Virus record (IMG/VR): IMGVR_UViG_3300045996_002556 | Direction: 5' to 3' (one strand) | Origin: an uncultured virus (IMG/VR IMGVR_UViG_3300045996_002556) | Lineage: Duplodnaviria; Heunggongvirae; Uroviricota; Caudoviricetes | DNA: 20,000 nucleotides | Shown: positions 7,258-15,746 of the stretch, one piece after another | How the letters are laid out: each line of letters opens with the position of its first letter | Numbering within the stretch: position 1 is the stretch's first letter | Made by a program: the position numbers and the translations under genes | The notes under the pieces: model-generated | The model's database searches: none | What the model was told of the DNA's origin: nothing | Seen by the model: only the letters and a program-made list of their open reading frames with translations

Positions 7258-8912
7258 TCGGTCCCCATACTGCTACCGGCGGGCCGTTTATTCTTCGCGC
7301 GCTGCTCGGTAAGCAGGCGTTCCCACGAGAGCGGTTCGGGTTCCGGCTCGTCGGGGATCGGATCGGGCAGCGTATTGACGTAATACCGAAGTGTGTCCAT
7401 GAGGTGGTTGAACTTGTCGATGGGCGTATCGGGGTCCCGCCGCACCATCGCTGCGCGTCCCGTCAGGGCTGGTGCCCACACCCACCGCTCCGCTTCCCAC
7501 TGGAACCACCGCAGATTGCTGCCCACCCGCACCAGGTCCGCCGCGAAGTAGCGCTTCGCCCGCAGCGCCTTCGGGTCGCTGTTGCTTGCGGGTCGCGGAT
7601 TGAACCACGTCGCGCCGACCTGCTCCGCCGCATCCCGGTACTCGGCGGCATCGGAAGGCAACTCCTGACCGGTGCGGCTGCGCTTCAGGTCGAACGCCGA
7701 CGGGTCCATCAGCGTGTCGATCTCCGGCTGCCCGATGGCAAGCCAGAAGGCATGCAGGATGGTCATGACCTCCAGCGGCAGCATCCCGTGGCTGCCGGGC
7801 ACCTTGGCGCCCTCGTAGACCTCGCCGTAAAGCCAGAGACGCCCCTCGCGGTCCGCTGCGCCCTGCAGCACCGCGGTGGTGTTCCAGCCCGGGTCAATCA
7901 CCCACGTATGCCGCCACGCCTTCGGGGGCGGGAAGGGCTGGACGAGGTGTCCGCCCTTCTCTACCGGCTCCGGGATGAACTCCGCCAGCACGCGCCCCGA
8001 GAAGGAACGGAACGCCTCCCGCTCGTTGATCGGGTACTCCTGCGGGAATAGCTCGCGGAGTTCTTTCTTCTTCTCCCGCCGCCAGAGTAACTGCGGGATG
8101 TCGAGCCCGTGCTTCTCGACTAGCTGTTGCTCCTCATGCTCCGCCTCGAAATCTGCCGGGATCTCATCCACCCGGTAATCGGGATGGAGTGGCCACGGGA
8201 AGAACCGCGGCTTGAACACCGAGTCGTCTCGAATAGCGGCACGCTGATACTCGTCGTAATACCAGTTGCCCATCCCGTTCGCGGTCGTCTCGATGAAGAC
8301 GTTTCCCGCCTTCGGCACGGCCTGCAGGAGGCCGGAGACGATCTCCTCCGCATCGGGCCAGAACGCGACCTCGGAGCAGTGAACGTTGTTAATCGTTCCG
8401 CCGCGGCCGAAGTTGCCGGCGCCGGCGGTTCCGACGAAGAAATAAGAGTCCAGCCCCACCCAGGAGAGTTCGCGCCGGCTGTCGTAGCGGGTCTGCGGTC
8501 GTCGCTCGGCGGGCAAGTTCTCGTGGAACCGCTTCACCATCTGGAAGAGGCGCTCCGTGCTCTCCGTGTCGTGCGCGATGACGACGGTCTGTGTGTTCGG
8601 CGTGTTGACCGTATCGAGAAACAGTAACGCCAGGATCAGCGTGGAGAAGCCGAACTGCCGCGCCTTGAGGATGATCTCCCGGCTGTGGGTAAGCTTGAAA
8701 TCCCCGTTGCGCCAGCGGGGGCACAGCAGGTCGAGATACTGCTCCTGCACCGGATTGGGCGCCAGGGTGATGACCGTGCGCTCCTTGGTGCGGATCTTCA
8801 GGTCGCTAAGCGTGAACGGCTCCGCCTGCTCCTGCAGGTATGGCGTCAGGTCCGCTGAAAGCTGCGTGAAGAACGATTGAACGCTGGAGGCGCTGGGCGA
8901 TCCGGCGGGCAC
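7251..8912 (-). CDS. terL: Terminase large subunit
   Basis: Walker A variant IILKARQFGFST, Walker B VHCSEVAFW, motif III ETTANG, and RNase H-like nuclease motifs WVIDPG and DKFNHLMDTLRY. GTG start has AAGGAG upstream. Confidence 0.95.
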   Translation of the reverse strand: MPAGSPSASSVQSFFTQLSADLTPYLQEQAEPFTLSDLKIRTKERTVITLAPNPVQEQYLDLLCPRWRNGDFKLTHSREIILKARQFGFSTLILALLFLDTVNTPNTQTVVIAHDTESTERLFQMVKRFHENLPAERRPQTRYDSRRELSWVGLDSYFFVGTAGAGNFGRGGTINNVHCSEVAFWPDAEEIVSGLLQAVPKAGNVFIETTANGMGNWYYDEYQRAAIRDDSVFKPRFFPWPLHPDYRVDEIPADFEAEHEEQQLVEKHGLDIPQLLWRREKKKELRELFPQEYPINEREAFRSFSGRVLAEFIPEPVEKGGHLVQPFPPPKAWRHTWVIDPGWNTTAVLQGAADREGRLWLYGEVYEGAKVPGSHGMLPLEVMTILHAFWLAIGQPEIDTLMDPSAFDLKRSRTGQELPSDAAEYRDAAEQVGATWFNPRPASNSDPKALRAKRYFAADLVRVGSNLRWFQWEAERWVWAPALTGRAAMVRRDPDTPIDKFNHLMDTLRYYVNTLPDPIPDEPEPEPLSWERLLTEQRAKNKRPAGSSMGTEW

Positions 8913-9558
8913 AGTCGGGGGACTCCTTGCCGATCTCTTCCACGGCCACCCGGCGCCACTCTTCGAGCATCCGGGCGTCAGTCAACTTCTGGATCGCGTC
9001 CATTACCAGGGCGCACGTCGAGCGCGTCTCCTGCTGTGTTTTCAGGATCAGTTCGCGAGGGTCGGCATGTCGCGGCTCCGCTCCGCCGATCTCTACCACC
9101 GCCTCGCCGCGAAAGCGGGAGAGTTCTTCGAGCCCCGCCAGCAAAACATCCAGCGGGGCTTTGCGCTTCTCAATGCGCGAACCTTTAGGCCCGTCGATCT
9201 CGACGCAGTAGTGAACCGTGATCTCGTTTCCGCGCGGGCCGATGTGATAGCGCTCGGGCTCCTCGGCATCTCGCAACCAGTCGTCGCACGCATCCATTAG
9301 GAGATTGGCGCGACGGACGTTGAGCGCGAGCTGCTCCATCACGTCGATCTGCCGGGCCACATAACGCTGCGATTCTTGCGGAGCGACCACCGCAGAGACG
9401 GTTGTCAGTTGCAGTTGGTTGACACGCTTGTTGACAGCTTGACGGCTCACGCCTTTCTGCCGCGCGAAGTCTGCAGGCGTGGTTCCCAGGGCAAGCGCAC
9501 GCCGGAGATCGTCATCCGTGAACTTGCGCTGTTGGCCTCGGGGGGTTTTGGTTTCCAT
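8806..9558 (-). CDS. Putative terminase small subunit with N-terminal HTH (250 aa)
   Basis: Immediately upstream of and overlapping terL. HTH-like PADFARQKGVSRQAVNKRV followed by helical segments. ATG 9558 chosen over GTG 9579. Confidence 0.7.
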   Translation of the reverse strand: METKTPRGQQRKFTDDDLRRALALGTTPADFARQKGVSRQAVNKRVNQLQLTTVSAVVAPQESQRYVARQIDVMEQLALNVRRANLLMDACDDWLRDAEEPERYHIGPRGNEITVHYCVEIDGPKGSRIEKRKAPLDVLLAGLEELSRFRGEAVVEIGGAEPRHADPRELILKTQQETRSTCALVMDAIQKLTDARMLEEWRRVAVEEIGKESPDCARRIAQRLQRSIVLHAAFSGPDAIPAGAGGAVHA

Positions 9559-9636
9559 GCCTGCAACTTGTGTCAACACGATGGTTGACGTTTAGAGATC
9601 GTAACTTCGGAGTCAGACTACCGTTAAGATCCCCAT

Positions 9637-9864
9637 ATGGAGACCAGCCACCCAATGCCCACTACTCTCTCACGCCCCGTCACCCTGACCGATGCCCTAC
9701 GCTCGGTTCGCGGTCCGTGCCGCTTTCGCTGCCGCGCCGATGGTGGCGTCTACACGGTCGAGCGCAGCAGCACCAACACGGTGAGTGCTACCTTCGCGGT
9801 GTGCGGGTATCCCTCTCCAGTGGATTGGGACGAACTACCCGGGGCGGGCTGGGAGCCTGCGTAG
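9637..9864 (+). CDS. Hypothetical protein (75 aa), opposite strand
   Basis: Only ORF that fits in the gap between the terS start and the 9891 stop. No recognisable motif. Confidence 0.35.
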   Translation: METSHPMPTTLSRPVTLTDALRSVRGPCRFRCRADGGVYTVERSSTNTVSATFAVCGYPSPVDWDELPGAGWEPA

Positions 9865-9890
9865 AGACTCACCAGCCCGCCCTAGGGTCG

Positions 9891-10715
9891 TTAGACCAGC
9901 GCCACGCGGCGGCTGGGCTGCGGGCCGACCTCGACCTCGCGCCACGTAATCTGGCCGGGGCTCGTTGCATCGTGCAGGATGTAGAACACAGGCACGATGC
10001 GGTCACCGGTATCGAAGGTGAACGTGGTCGTCACCGTTGGCGCAGCGCCGTCTACCTCGAACGTCACCACGCCAGCCGCGGAGACCTTCACCACGAGGGT
10101 ATGGGTCTCGCCATCTGCCCAGTTCTGCGTAGTATCCACAGTGGTGGTGCCGCCGCTGTTCAGTTCCGTCTTGATCACGATGTCGCCGGACACATGCCCG
10201 ATGACCGCGTAATCGGTGTAGGAGGTGAACGTCCCATTGGCGGCTTCCTGCTTACGGAAGCCCATCACCGTCAGGTCGGAACCGGACACGTCCGCCACCT
10301 TGAACTTGCAGCGGAAGAAGCACGCCTCATCGCTGCCCACCACGAACGACTGCGGGCAGTCGGCCAAGGTGTAGCCCGCCGGCCCGTACTCCATGATGTC
10401 GTTGTTGGTCAGGTCGCCAGCCATCGCCCAGCCATCCGTGGTGCGGAACGGTCCCGCGAGGGTCTGCGTGGTGCCGCACGGGCTCCCGGTCCACGAGCTG
10501 GACGGGGTGGAGCCGCGAAAGCCGCGCGCCGTGGTCCCAGCGGCCAGGATCGTGCCATCGGCCTGATCGGCCGCCGACACGAGCGGAACCGCCGTGCAGG
10601 GCTCGTAGATGTAGCGGTTGTCGAGCTTGGTGGAGGCGATCTTCCCATCCATATCCCCGATACGGGACAGGAAGTCGCCCATCATGTCGCGATTGTTCTC
10701 AAGCGCAGAACTCAT
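9891..10715 (-). CDS. Putative virion structural protein, lectin/jelly-roll-like beta-sandwich (274 aa)
   Basis: Strong SD AAGGAGG. T/G/V/D-rich beta-strand pattern; WADGETHTLVVKV...VTFEVDG resembles ConA/LamG-like folds. Confidence 0.6.
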   Translation of the reverse strand: MSSALENNRDMMGDFLSRIGDMDGKIASTKLDNRYIYEPCTAVPLVSAADQADGTILAAGTTARGFRGSTPSSSWTGSPCGTTQTLAGPFRTTDGWAMAGDLTNNDIMEYGPAGYTLADCPQSFVVGSDEACFFRCKFKVADVSGSDLTVMGFRKQEAANGTFTSYTDYAVIGHVSGDIVIKTELNSGGTTTVDTTQNWADGETHTLVVKVSAAGVVTFEVDGAAPTVTTTFTFDTGDRIVPVFYILHDATSPGQITWREVEVGPQPSRRVALV

Positions 10716-10744
10716 TACCGGTGCCCTCCTTGGGGCCAGAAACG

Positions 10745-10772
10745 AAAAACACCCAGCCGCGAAGGCTGAGCG
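10745..10772 (-). terminator. Intrinsic terminator-like hairpin
   Basis: Minus strand CGCTCAGCC-TTCGC-GGCTGGGTG-TTTTT; the two G-U pairs work only on the minus strand. Confidence 0.7.
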
Positions 10773-10796
10773 TGAAAGGGGTCAACCGGGCGGGAC

Positions 10797-11480
10797 TTAA
10801 CCGCCGAGGTGGTACACGACGACCGTGGTCGCACTGGCCCGGCGGATCAGCAGCAGCGCACTGGTGTTCGCGGCGATCGTCTGCCCGGTATCCGCGATGG
10901 TTACCGAGTCCCCGCCCGCGAGGGTGAGCGTCTGGGTCCCGTCGTTGATGTAGTAGCACTGGATGCACTGCCCGTCCGCCGTCAGTGCGCCTACACCGGT
11001 AGCGCCGGCGATGATGTTGGCCGCCGTATCCGTGGTGACCGTGCCGCCGCCCGTCACCGAGGTATGCACCACGATGCCGGCGACGATCTGCGCTACCGTC
11101 AGGGTGTTGTGCTGCGCATCGACATCCGTCGGCGTCAGCACCTCGCGAATGCGCCCCGCCGTCACCAGCAGCCCGCCCGCCGTTGCGGTTAGGCCCCCAG
11201 CGGTGGCGGTAACCCCGCCGGCCACGGCCGTCACGCCACCCGTGGTGGCGACGACGCCGGTTCCGGCAGTAACTGTAGTAGATGCTTTGACCGCACCGGT
11301 CACATCGAGCGCCACGGTCGGCGCACTGTTCAGGATGCCGACGCGATTGTTCCCGCCGTCTACGAAAAGCGCGTGGGTATTCCCGTCACTCTCTACCCGG
11401 AAGTCGTTATCGACTCCATCCTCGTTGAACACCCACGGCACCACAGTGCTCTTGTGCAGGTTCTTTGCCGTTATCGGCAT
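10797..11480 (-). CDS. Putative head-fibre / decoration protein (227 aa)
   Basis: SD AAGGAG. FNEDGVDNDFRVESDGNTHALFVDGGNNRVGI...P..ALDVTG is a phage fibre-type motif, followed by 7-aa GG(V/L)TA(T/V)A repeats and a beta-rich C-terminal domain. Confidence 0.65.
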   Translation of the reverse strand: MPITAKNLHKSTVVPWVFNEDGVDNDFRVESDGNTHALFVDGGNNRVGILNSAPTVALDVTGAVKASTTVTAGTGVVATTGGVTAVAGGVTATAGGLTATAGGLLVTAGRIREVLTPTDVDAQHNTLTVAQIVAGIVVHTSVTGGGTVTTDTAANIIAGATGVGALTADGQCIQCYYINDGTQTLTLAGGDSVTIADTGQTIAANTSALLLIRRASATTVVVYHLGG

Positions 11481-11586
11481 GGTGACTCTCCTTGAAGTCT
11501 CGCCCCTGCGGGCTGACCATCGGAACTCCCTCGCTAGAATGCGAGGAAGCGTGAAATCACCTGCCGTGGACGGCTCGGCGAAACTG

Positions 11587-11757
11587 TTACTGCTTGCGGC
11601 GCTCGCGGTGCGTAACCGTCGTTTCGGTGACGAAGCCCTGATGCACCGTGATGGTGACGGAGCCGTAAGTGAGCCGCGTGAGCTTCTCGGCTACCTGGCG
11701 GCCGACCTCTTCCGCTTCGGCCGGAGTGACCGGGCCGTACTCGCGTTCGGGGCGCAT
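11587..11757 (-). CDS. DUF2292/YezD-like miniprotein (56 aa)
   Basis: Below the ORF-track cutoff; TGATG coupling to the upstream gene. Sequence MRPEREYGPVTPAEAEEVGRQVAEKLTRLTYGSVTITVHQGFVTETTVTHRERRKQ; L-x-YGSV-x-I-x-VHxG-x-V is the DUF2292 pattern as I recall it. Confidence 0.7.
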   Translation of the reverse strand: MRPEREYGPVTPAEAEEVGRQVAEKLTRLTYGSVTITVHQGFVTETTVTHRERRKQ

Positions 11758-13499
11758 CAGAGGATCTCCGAGCTGGGCGTGCTGGACGCGGCGGCGATCG
11801 TGTAGGTGGTGGTGCCCGAAGCGCTGACCGTCAGCGTCTGGGCCGCTAGGGCTACATCGGCTGCAGTCGAACCCACGAGGATGAAGAACGTACCGGCATT
11901 CAGGTTGAACACGACCTCGCCCTCGCTGTTGGTGGTATCAAACGCCTGAATGGCCGTCATCCCACTGTCGTAGGCCGTGACGCGTCGGTTGGGCAGCCGC
12001 TCCCCGCTGCTGCGTTGGAGCCGGATCGTGCGGGCGTAGTCGCCATCGCCGGACCCACCGCCACCACCCGCCGGCGCATTCTCCAACGCTACCGTGGTAA
12101 ACTGGTAACCCGCCGCCCCATCGTCTTCCAGAGCAGTATTCAACTTATCCGTGACGGTCTTCACACTGGTGATGTTGTTGCCCACCGTGGTGAGTGCCGC
12201 AGCGGTGCTGAGTCCGTTCTGGATCTTGGTCACTGCGTCGGCGGCCAACTCGCTGGCGCCGATCGCATCAGTGGCTATCGCCGCCGCAGTGATCGCGCCC
12301 GCGGCAAAACTGGCTGCGGCAATCCCGCCACTACCCACGGACCCGACCGCGCCGGTCACGCTGGCGGCTACGATCTGCCCCGCGCCGACGTTGTAGCCGG
12401 CCCCGTCGAACGCGGCCTCGGCATTGTCAGCAGCCGTCGCATCCCCGCTGATCTGCGTGACGTTCGCCGGGATCGGGGTCGTGCCGTCGGTGTAGCTTTC
12501 GAGGTTGTCCGCGGCGGTGCTGTCGCCGGAAATCTGCACCACGTTCCCATCAACCACGCCAGCGGCCGAGATGATGGTCGCGGCGAAGTTGTCCGGCGCT
12601 TGGGCTACTTCCGGGAACGGCAGGAGTTGGAAGACGCTATCGCTGCTCGGAGCCGTGACCCAGGCCACATGCACCGTGGCGACTTTCGTAGCGCCGACGT
12701 AGCCGGTGATGGCGCGGGTTTGGCCTGCCCCGGTGCCGGAGAGGATGCGGACCAGCAATCCTTTGTACAGATCGTTCGTAGCGGAAGCACTGGCGTCCAG
12801 CGTGATTGTCGTGGAGGTGCCGGCCTGCGCGGTGTTCTGCCGGATTACCAAGGAGAGCCCGCTCTGGATCTCGGCTACAGCATCCGCTGCCAATTCCGAA
12901 GCCCCAATCGCATCCGCCGCAATAGCTGCCGCGTCGATCGCGCCGACCGCGAACTTCGCGCTGGTGATGGCGCCGGTAGCAATCTTGGCCGCGGTAATGG
13001 CATCCGAGGCAAGCGCCCCGGCATCGATCGCTCCATCCGCCACGACCGTAGCAGTGATGACCCCAGCCGTCATCGCCGCCGTATTGGTGTCGATCTGCCC
13101 ATTGGCGGGCTGGTTTATCTGCCCTGCCCCGGTGCCCCGCGTGTAAAGGCCGCCCGCCGCTTCTGCCGCTGCATTCGGAAGCGCCGTCAGTCCCAGCCGC
13201 ACCGCATCGAACGGGTCCCACGGCACGATGGTATACGCCGTATCGAACGGGTCCGCCCCGGTCCCGGTGGCGTGCAACGCCAACTCGCCCACCGTGGCGC
13301 GGTCCGTCGCGTTCCCCGCCAGCGCATACCAGCCGCTGCCGATTTCGGACACCGCGCCGGCCGCTGCCCCGAACGCCCCACCGTTTTTAGAGAGGGTGAC
13401 CGTCGGAGTAATCCCCGTTACCGCCGTGACGTGATCCGTGCTGGAGACCATGAGGAACGGGATGGGGTAGGCGGTGGTGCCCTGCTGCCGCTGCTTCAT
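11757..13499 (-). CDS. Repeat-rich virion structural / fibre-like protein (580 aa)
   Basis: Start moved to ATG 13499 (TGATG overlap). Contains ITAAKIA/AIDAAAIA repeats, duplicated AIGASELAADAV..IQ.GLS and QISGD.TAADN, and a TITLDASASATNDLYKG...GTGAGQTRAITGY...TKVATV module typical of phage tail proteins. Confidence 0.75.
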   Translation of the reverse strand: MKQRQQGTTAYPIPFLMVSSTDHVTAVTGITPTVTLSKNGGAFGAAAGAVSEIGSGWYALAGNATDRATVGELALHATGTGADPFDTAYTIVPWDPFDAVRLGLTALPNAAAEAAGGLYTRGTGAGQINQPANGQIDTNTAAMTAGVITATVVADGAIDAGALASDAITAAKIATGAITSAKFAVGAIDAAAIAADAIGASELAADAVAEIQSGLSLVIRQNTAQAGTSTTITLDASASATNDLYKGLLVRILSGTGAGQTRAITGYVGATKVATVHVAWVTAPSSDSVFQLLPFPEVAQAPDNFAATIISAAGVVDGNVVQISGDSTAADNLESYTDGTTPIPANVTQISGDATAADNAEAAFDGAGYNVGAGQIVAASVTGAVGSVGSGGIAAASFAAGAITAAAIATDAIGASELAADAVTKIQNGLSTAAALTTVGNNITSVKTVTDKLNTALEDDGAAGYQFTTVALENAPAGGGGGSGDGDYARTIRLQRSSGERLPNRRVTAYDSGMTAIQAFDTTNSEGEVVFNLNAGTFFILVGSTAADVALAAQTLTVSASGTTTYTIAAASSTPSSEIL

Positions 13500-15499
13500 C
13501 AGTAACCCCCCACCACTCGGCCCCGCGACACACCAGCACCGCCCGTCGTGTACTTCTCGATCAGCGCCGCGCCCGTCAGCGAGTTGAGCACCGCCGCCCC
13601 CATCGGCGTCGGGTGCAGCCCGTCCAGCGAGTAATCCGTCGGGGTAGTGCTGCCCGGATACTCCCCGAGCGCGTCCTGCAGTTCGTCCACCGTGGGCACC
13701 AACACCAGTTGGGCGGTGGGCACATTGGAGGCGGCGGCAGCAGCGAAGATGGAGGTCTGCCACGACCCGCCCGACGACATCACGATGTAAGTGGCAGCCG
13801 GCCAGCTCGCATAGAGCGAGTTGAGATTGGCAGTGACTACGGAACCGGGATCAGTAGGGGAACTCCCGATCTCGTCGTTCACCCCGAGGTCGATGAAAAT
13901 GTAGTCGTAGACGACACTCGTATCGAGGTTGTGGCCGCTGTCGATCTTCCCGAGCGCCCCGCCCGTTGCCCACGCTGGCCACGTCCCGTAACCCGACGCC
14001 GCCGTATACCGCATCCCGGCTTGCGCGATTACTCCGACTTCCGAACGCAGGAGCGCACGGAGGGCGACTGCCACAGAGGCCGAGGCGGAGTTTCCGGCGG
14101 GGCTGGTCAAACCAATGGCGAAGGTCCCGCACAGCTTTGAGTCCCCAAAGGCCAGCGTCTTCTTGGCGTAGCGCTTCGTCGGCCCGGTAGTCGGACTGGA
14201 GAGCGTGCTGTTCCCGGCGATGATGCAGCCGGTCACCCGGAGTACGTTGACGCCCGTGTAGGGATCGCCGCCGCTGGCGAAATCGACCGCCTCCAGCATC
14301 CAATCCACCGCGGTAGTGCCGGTCTTGCCGGACATCAGCGTGAGGATGCTGTCGGTCTGAGTCTGCTGGCGTCGCGTGCGGGCTTTCCCGCCGATACAGT
14401 AGGAGAGCGTCACCTGCGAGCCGGCCGCGACCGCGCTTTGCGGGCTCGGGTCTACGAGCAACTGATAATAGGGGGAGTCCGTCTGTCCCCGAAAACCGTT
14501 CCCGACGTGCGGCGTCTGGATGTAGGTGGCACCGTTCAGATACCAGGCGCCGGGGCTCAATGACTCCAGGAACGTGCTGTCGTTGGTGGCGACGATTGTC
14601 GGGATGGTCCGCGTGATCCCGATATAGCAGGTCTGCGCCCCGCCGCTCGTCACCGTAAACAGCGCGTCGCCGAGGTTCGCCGTGCTGCTGCCCGGGTCGA
14701 ACGTGGCGGTGATCGTATCCGCGTCGGTGCAGGTAACGCTCGACAGGGTGCCGGAGCCGGTCAGCGTGAGCCCGGTAACGCCGGCAGTCCAGGCCGTGCC
14801 GCCCAGCCGCTTGAAGGTGAGGCTGAGCGCGCCTTCCCCGAGCCGTGCCTCGTAGTCCGAGGCGATCATGTTCGTGCCGGCCGGCAGGATGCAGAAGTGC
14901 CGGAAGTGGTAGCCCGCCGAAGCCGACCCCTCCCCGGAGTTCGGGGCATATCCCAACCCGCAGTAATTCGCGGCAGCATGATTCCCGGTGCTGCTGCCGT
15001 CCGTCTTGGTGGCGACCAGCGTCACGCCGTCGAGGAACTGCATCGTCATCGTGTTACCGCTCTGGGTAACACGCACGCGGCACTTACTGGAGCTGCTGCT
15101 GATCGTATGGGTGAACGAGGTGTCCTGATTGGCGACCGAGCCGGCGGACCACTTCCGCATCTGGAACGCGTTGTTCGTGCCGTTAATCAGCAGGTCGTAA
15201 CCATCGTTACTCTGCACCGCCGTCATCCTGAAAAACGGCGCGATGAACGTGGTATTCGTGAGCTTCTTCAACTCGAAGCAATAGTCGAACTGTGCCGTCG
15301 CTGGACTGGTCGCCCAATAGCCCCATCGCGTCGAAGAGGTAGGCACGCACCAGGCGCGGTCGCTGGACGTGAGCCACGTCGGCGCGTTGCTGCCCAGGTT
15401 GGTGCTGGGGTGCTGCGCGAAGACCGCTCCGACCTCCGGGATGTAGGAGGTAACGGTCTGGCTCGCCTTGCCCCGGAAATGGCAAACAACAACAGGCAT
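13499..15499 (-). CDS. SGNH/GDSL esterase-domain protein, probably virion-associated (666 aa)
   Basis: SGNH blocks: I AFGDS, II AQAG, III DLGVND, V DGLHP. The N-terminal ~430 aa are S/T/G-rich beta domains. Coupled to the fibre-like gene; no obvious signal peptide. Confidence 0.8.
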   Translation of the reverse strand: MPVVVCHFRGKASQTVTSYIPEVGAVFAQHPSTNLGSNAPTWLTSSDRAWCVPTSSTRWGYWATSPATAQFDYCFELKKLTNTTFIAPFFRMTAVQSNDGYDLLINGTNNAFQMRKWSAGSVANQDTSFTHTISSSSSKCRVRVTQSGNTMTMQFLDGVTLVATKTDGSSTGNHAAANYCGLGYAPNSGEGSASAGYHFRHFCILPAGTNMIASDYEARLGEGALSLTFKRLGGTAWTAGVTGLTLTGSGTLSSVTCTDADTITATFDPGSSTANLGDALFTVTSGGAQTCYIGITRTIPTIVATNDSTFLESLSPGAWYLNGATYIQTPHVGNGFRGQTDSPYYQLLVDPSPQSAVAAGSQVTLSYCIGGKARTRRQQTQTDSILTLMSGKTGTTAVDWMLEAVDFASGGDPYTGVNVLRVTGCIIAGNSTLSSPTTGPTKRYAKKTLAFGDSKLCGTFAIGLTSPAGNSASASVAVALRALLRSEVGVIAQAGMRYTAASGYGTWPAWATGGALGKIDSGHNLDTSVVYDYIFIDLGVNDEIGSSPTDPGSVVTANLNSLYASWPAATYIVMSSGGSWQTSIFAAAAASNVPTAQLVLVPTVDELQDALGEYPGSTTPTDYSLDGLHPTPMGAAVLNSLTGAALIEKYTTGGAGVSRGRVVGGY

Positions 15500-15503
15500 G
15501 GGC

Positions 15504-15704
15504 TCAGGCGGCTACGAAGTGGGCGGCGGCGTACCACACGCCGGGGATCTCGGCGAGCTGCAGGCGGTCCCCATCCACCGCGGCGATGCGATAGGGGACG
15601 CGCAGCAGGAGCTTGTGGGTCGGCGCCTCGTCGTCTCCGGGGAGTAGCTCCGTCAGGTCGCCGACGGGGAGAATCGGGTGGCCGACTAACATGGGCTTGC
15701 GCAT
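15504..15704 (-). CDS. Hypothetical protein (66 aa; start 15704 or 15692)
   Basis: Ends 4 nt before the SGNH gene start; high-GC codon usage. Confidence 0.5.
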   Translation of the reverse strand: MRKPMLVGHPILPVGDLTELLPGDDEAPTHKLLLRVPYRIAAVDGDRLQLAEIPGVWYAAAHFVAA

Positions 15705-15705
15705 C

Positions 15706-15736
15706 AAAAACGCCCGCCTCGGCAGGGAGGCGGGCG
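15706..15736 (-). terminator. Intrinsic terminator-like hairpin
   Basis: Perfect 10-bp stem CGCCCGCCTC (15711-15720)/(15727-15736) with a 6-nt loop, followed by TTTTT on the minus strand. Confidence 0.7.
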
Positions 15737-15746
15737 CACGAAAGTC

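Noticed and set aside
11150..11280. 21-nt periodic repeats as a possible CRISPR, VNTR or DGR element
   Set aside because: Degenerate coding repeats of a 7-aa motif with no spacers; no cas or reverse transcriptase gene in the window.
13500..13763. N-terminal extension of the 668-aa ORF
   Set aside because: Overlaps the SGNH catalytic region in another frame; TGATG coupling points to a start at 13499.
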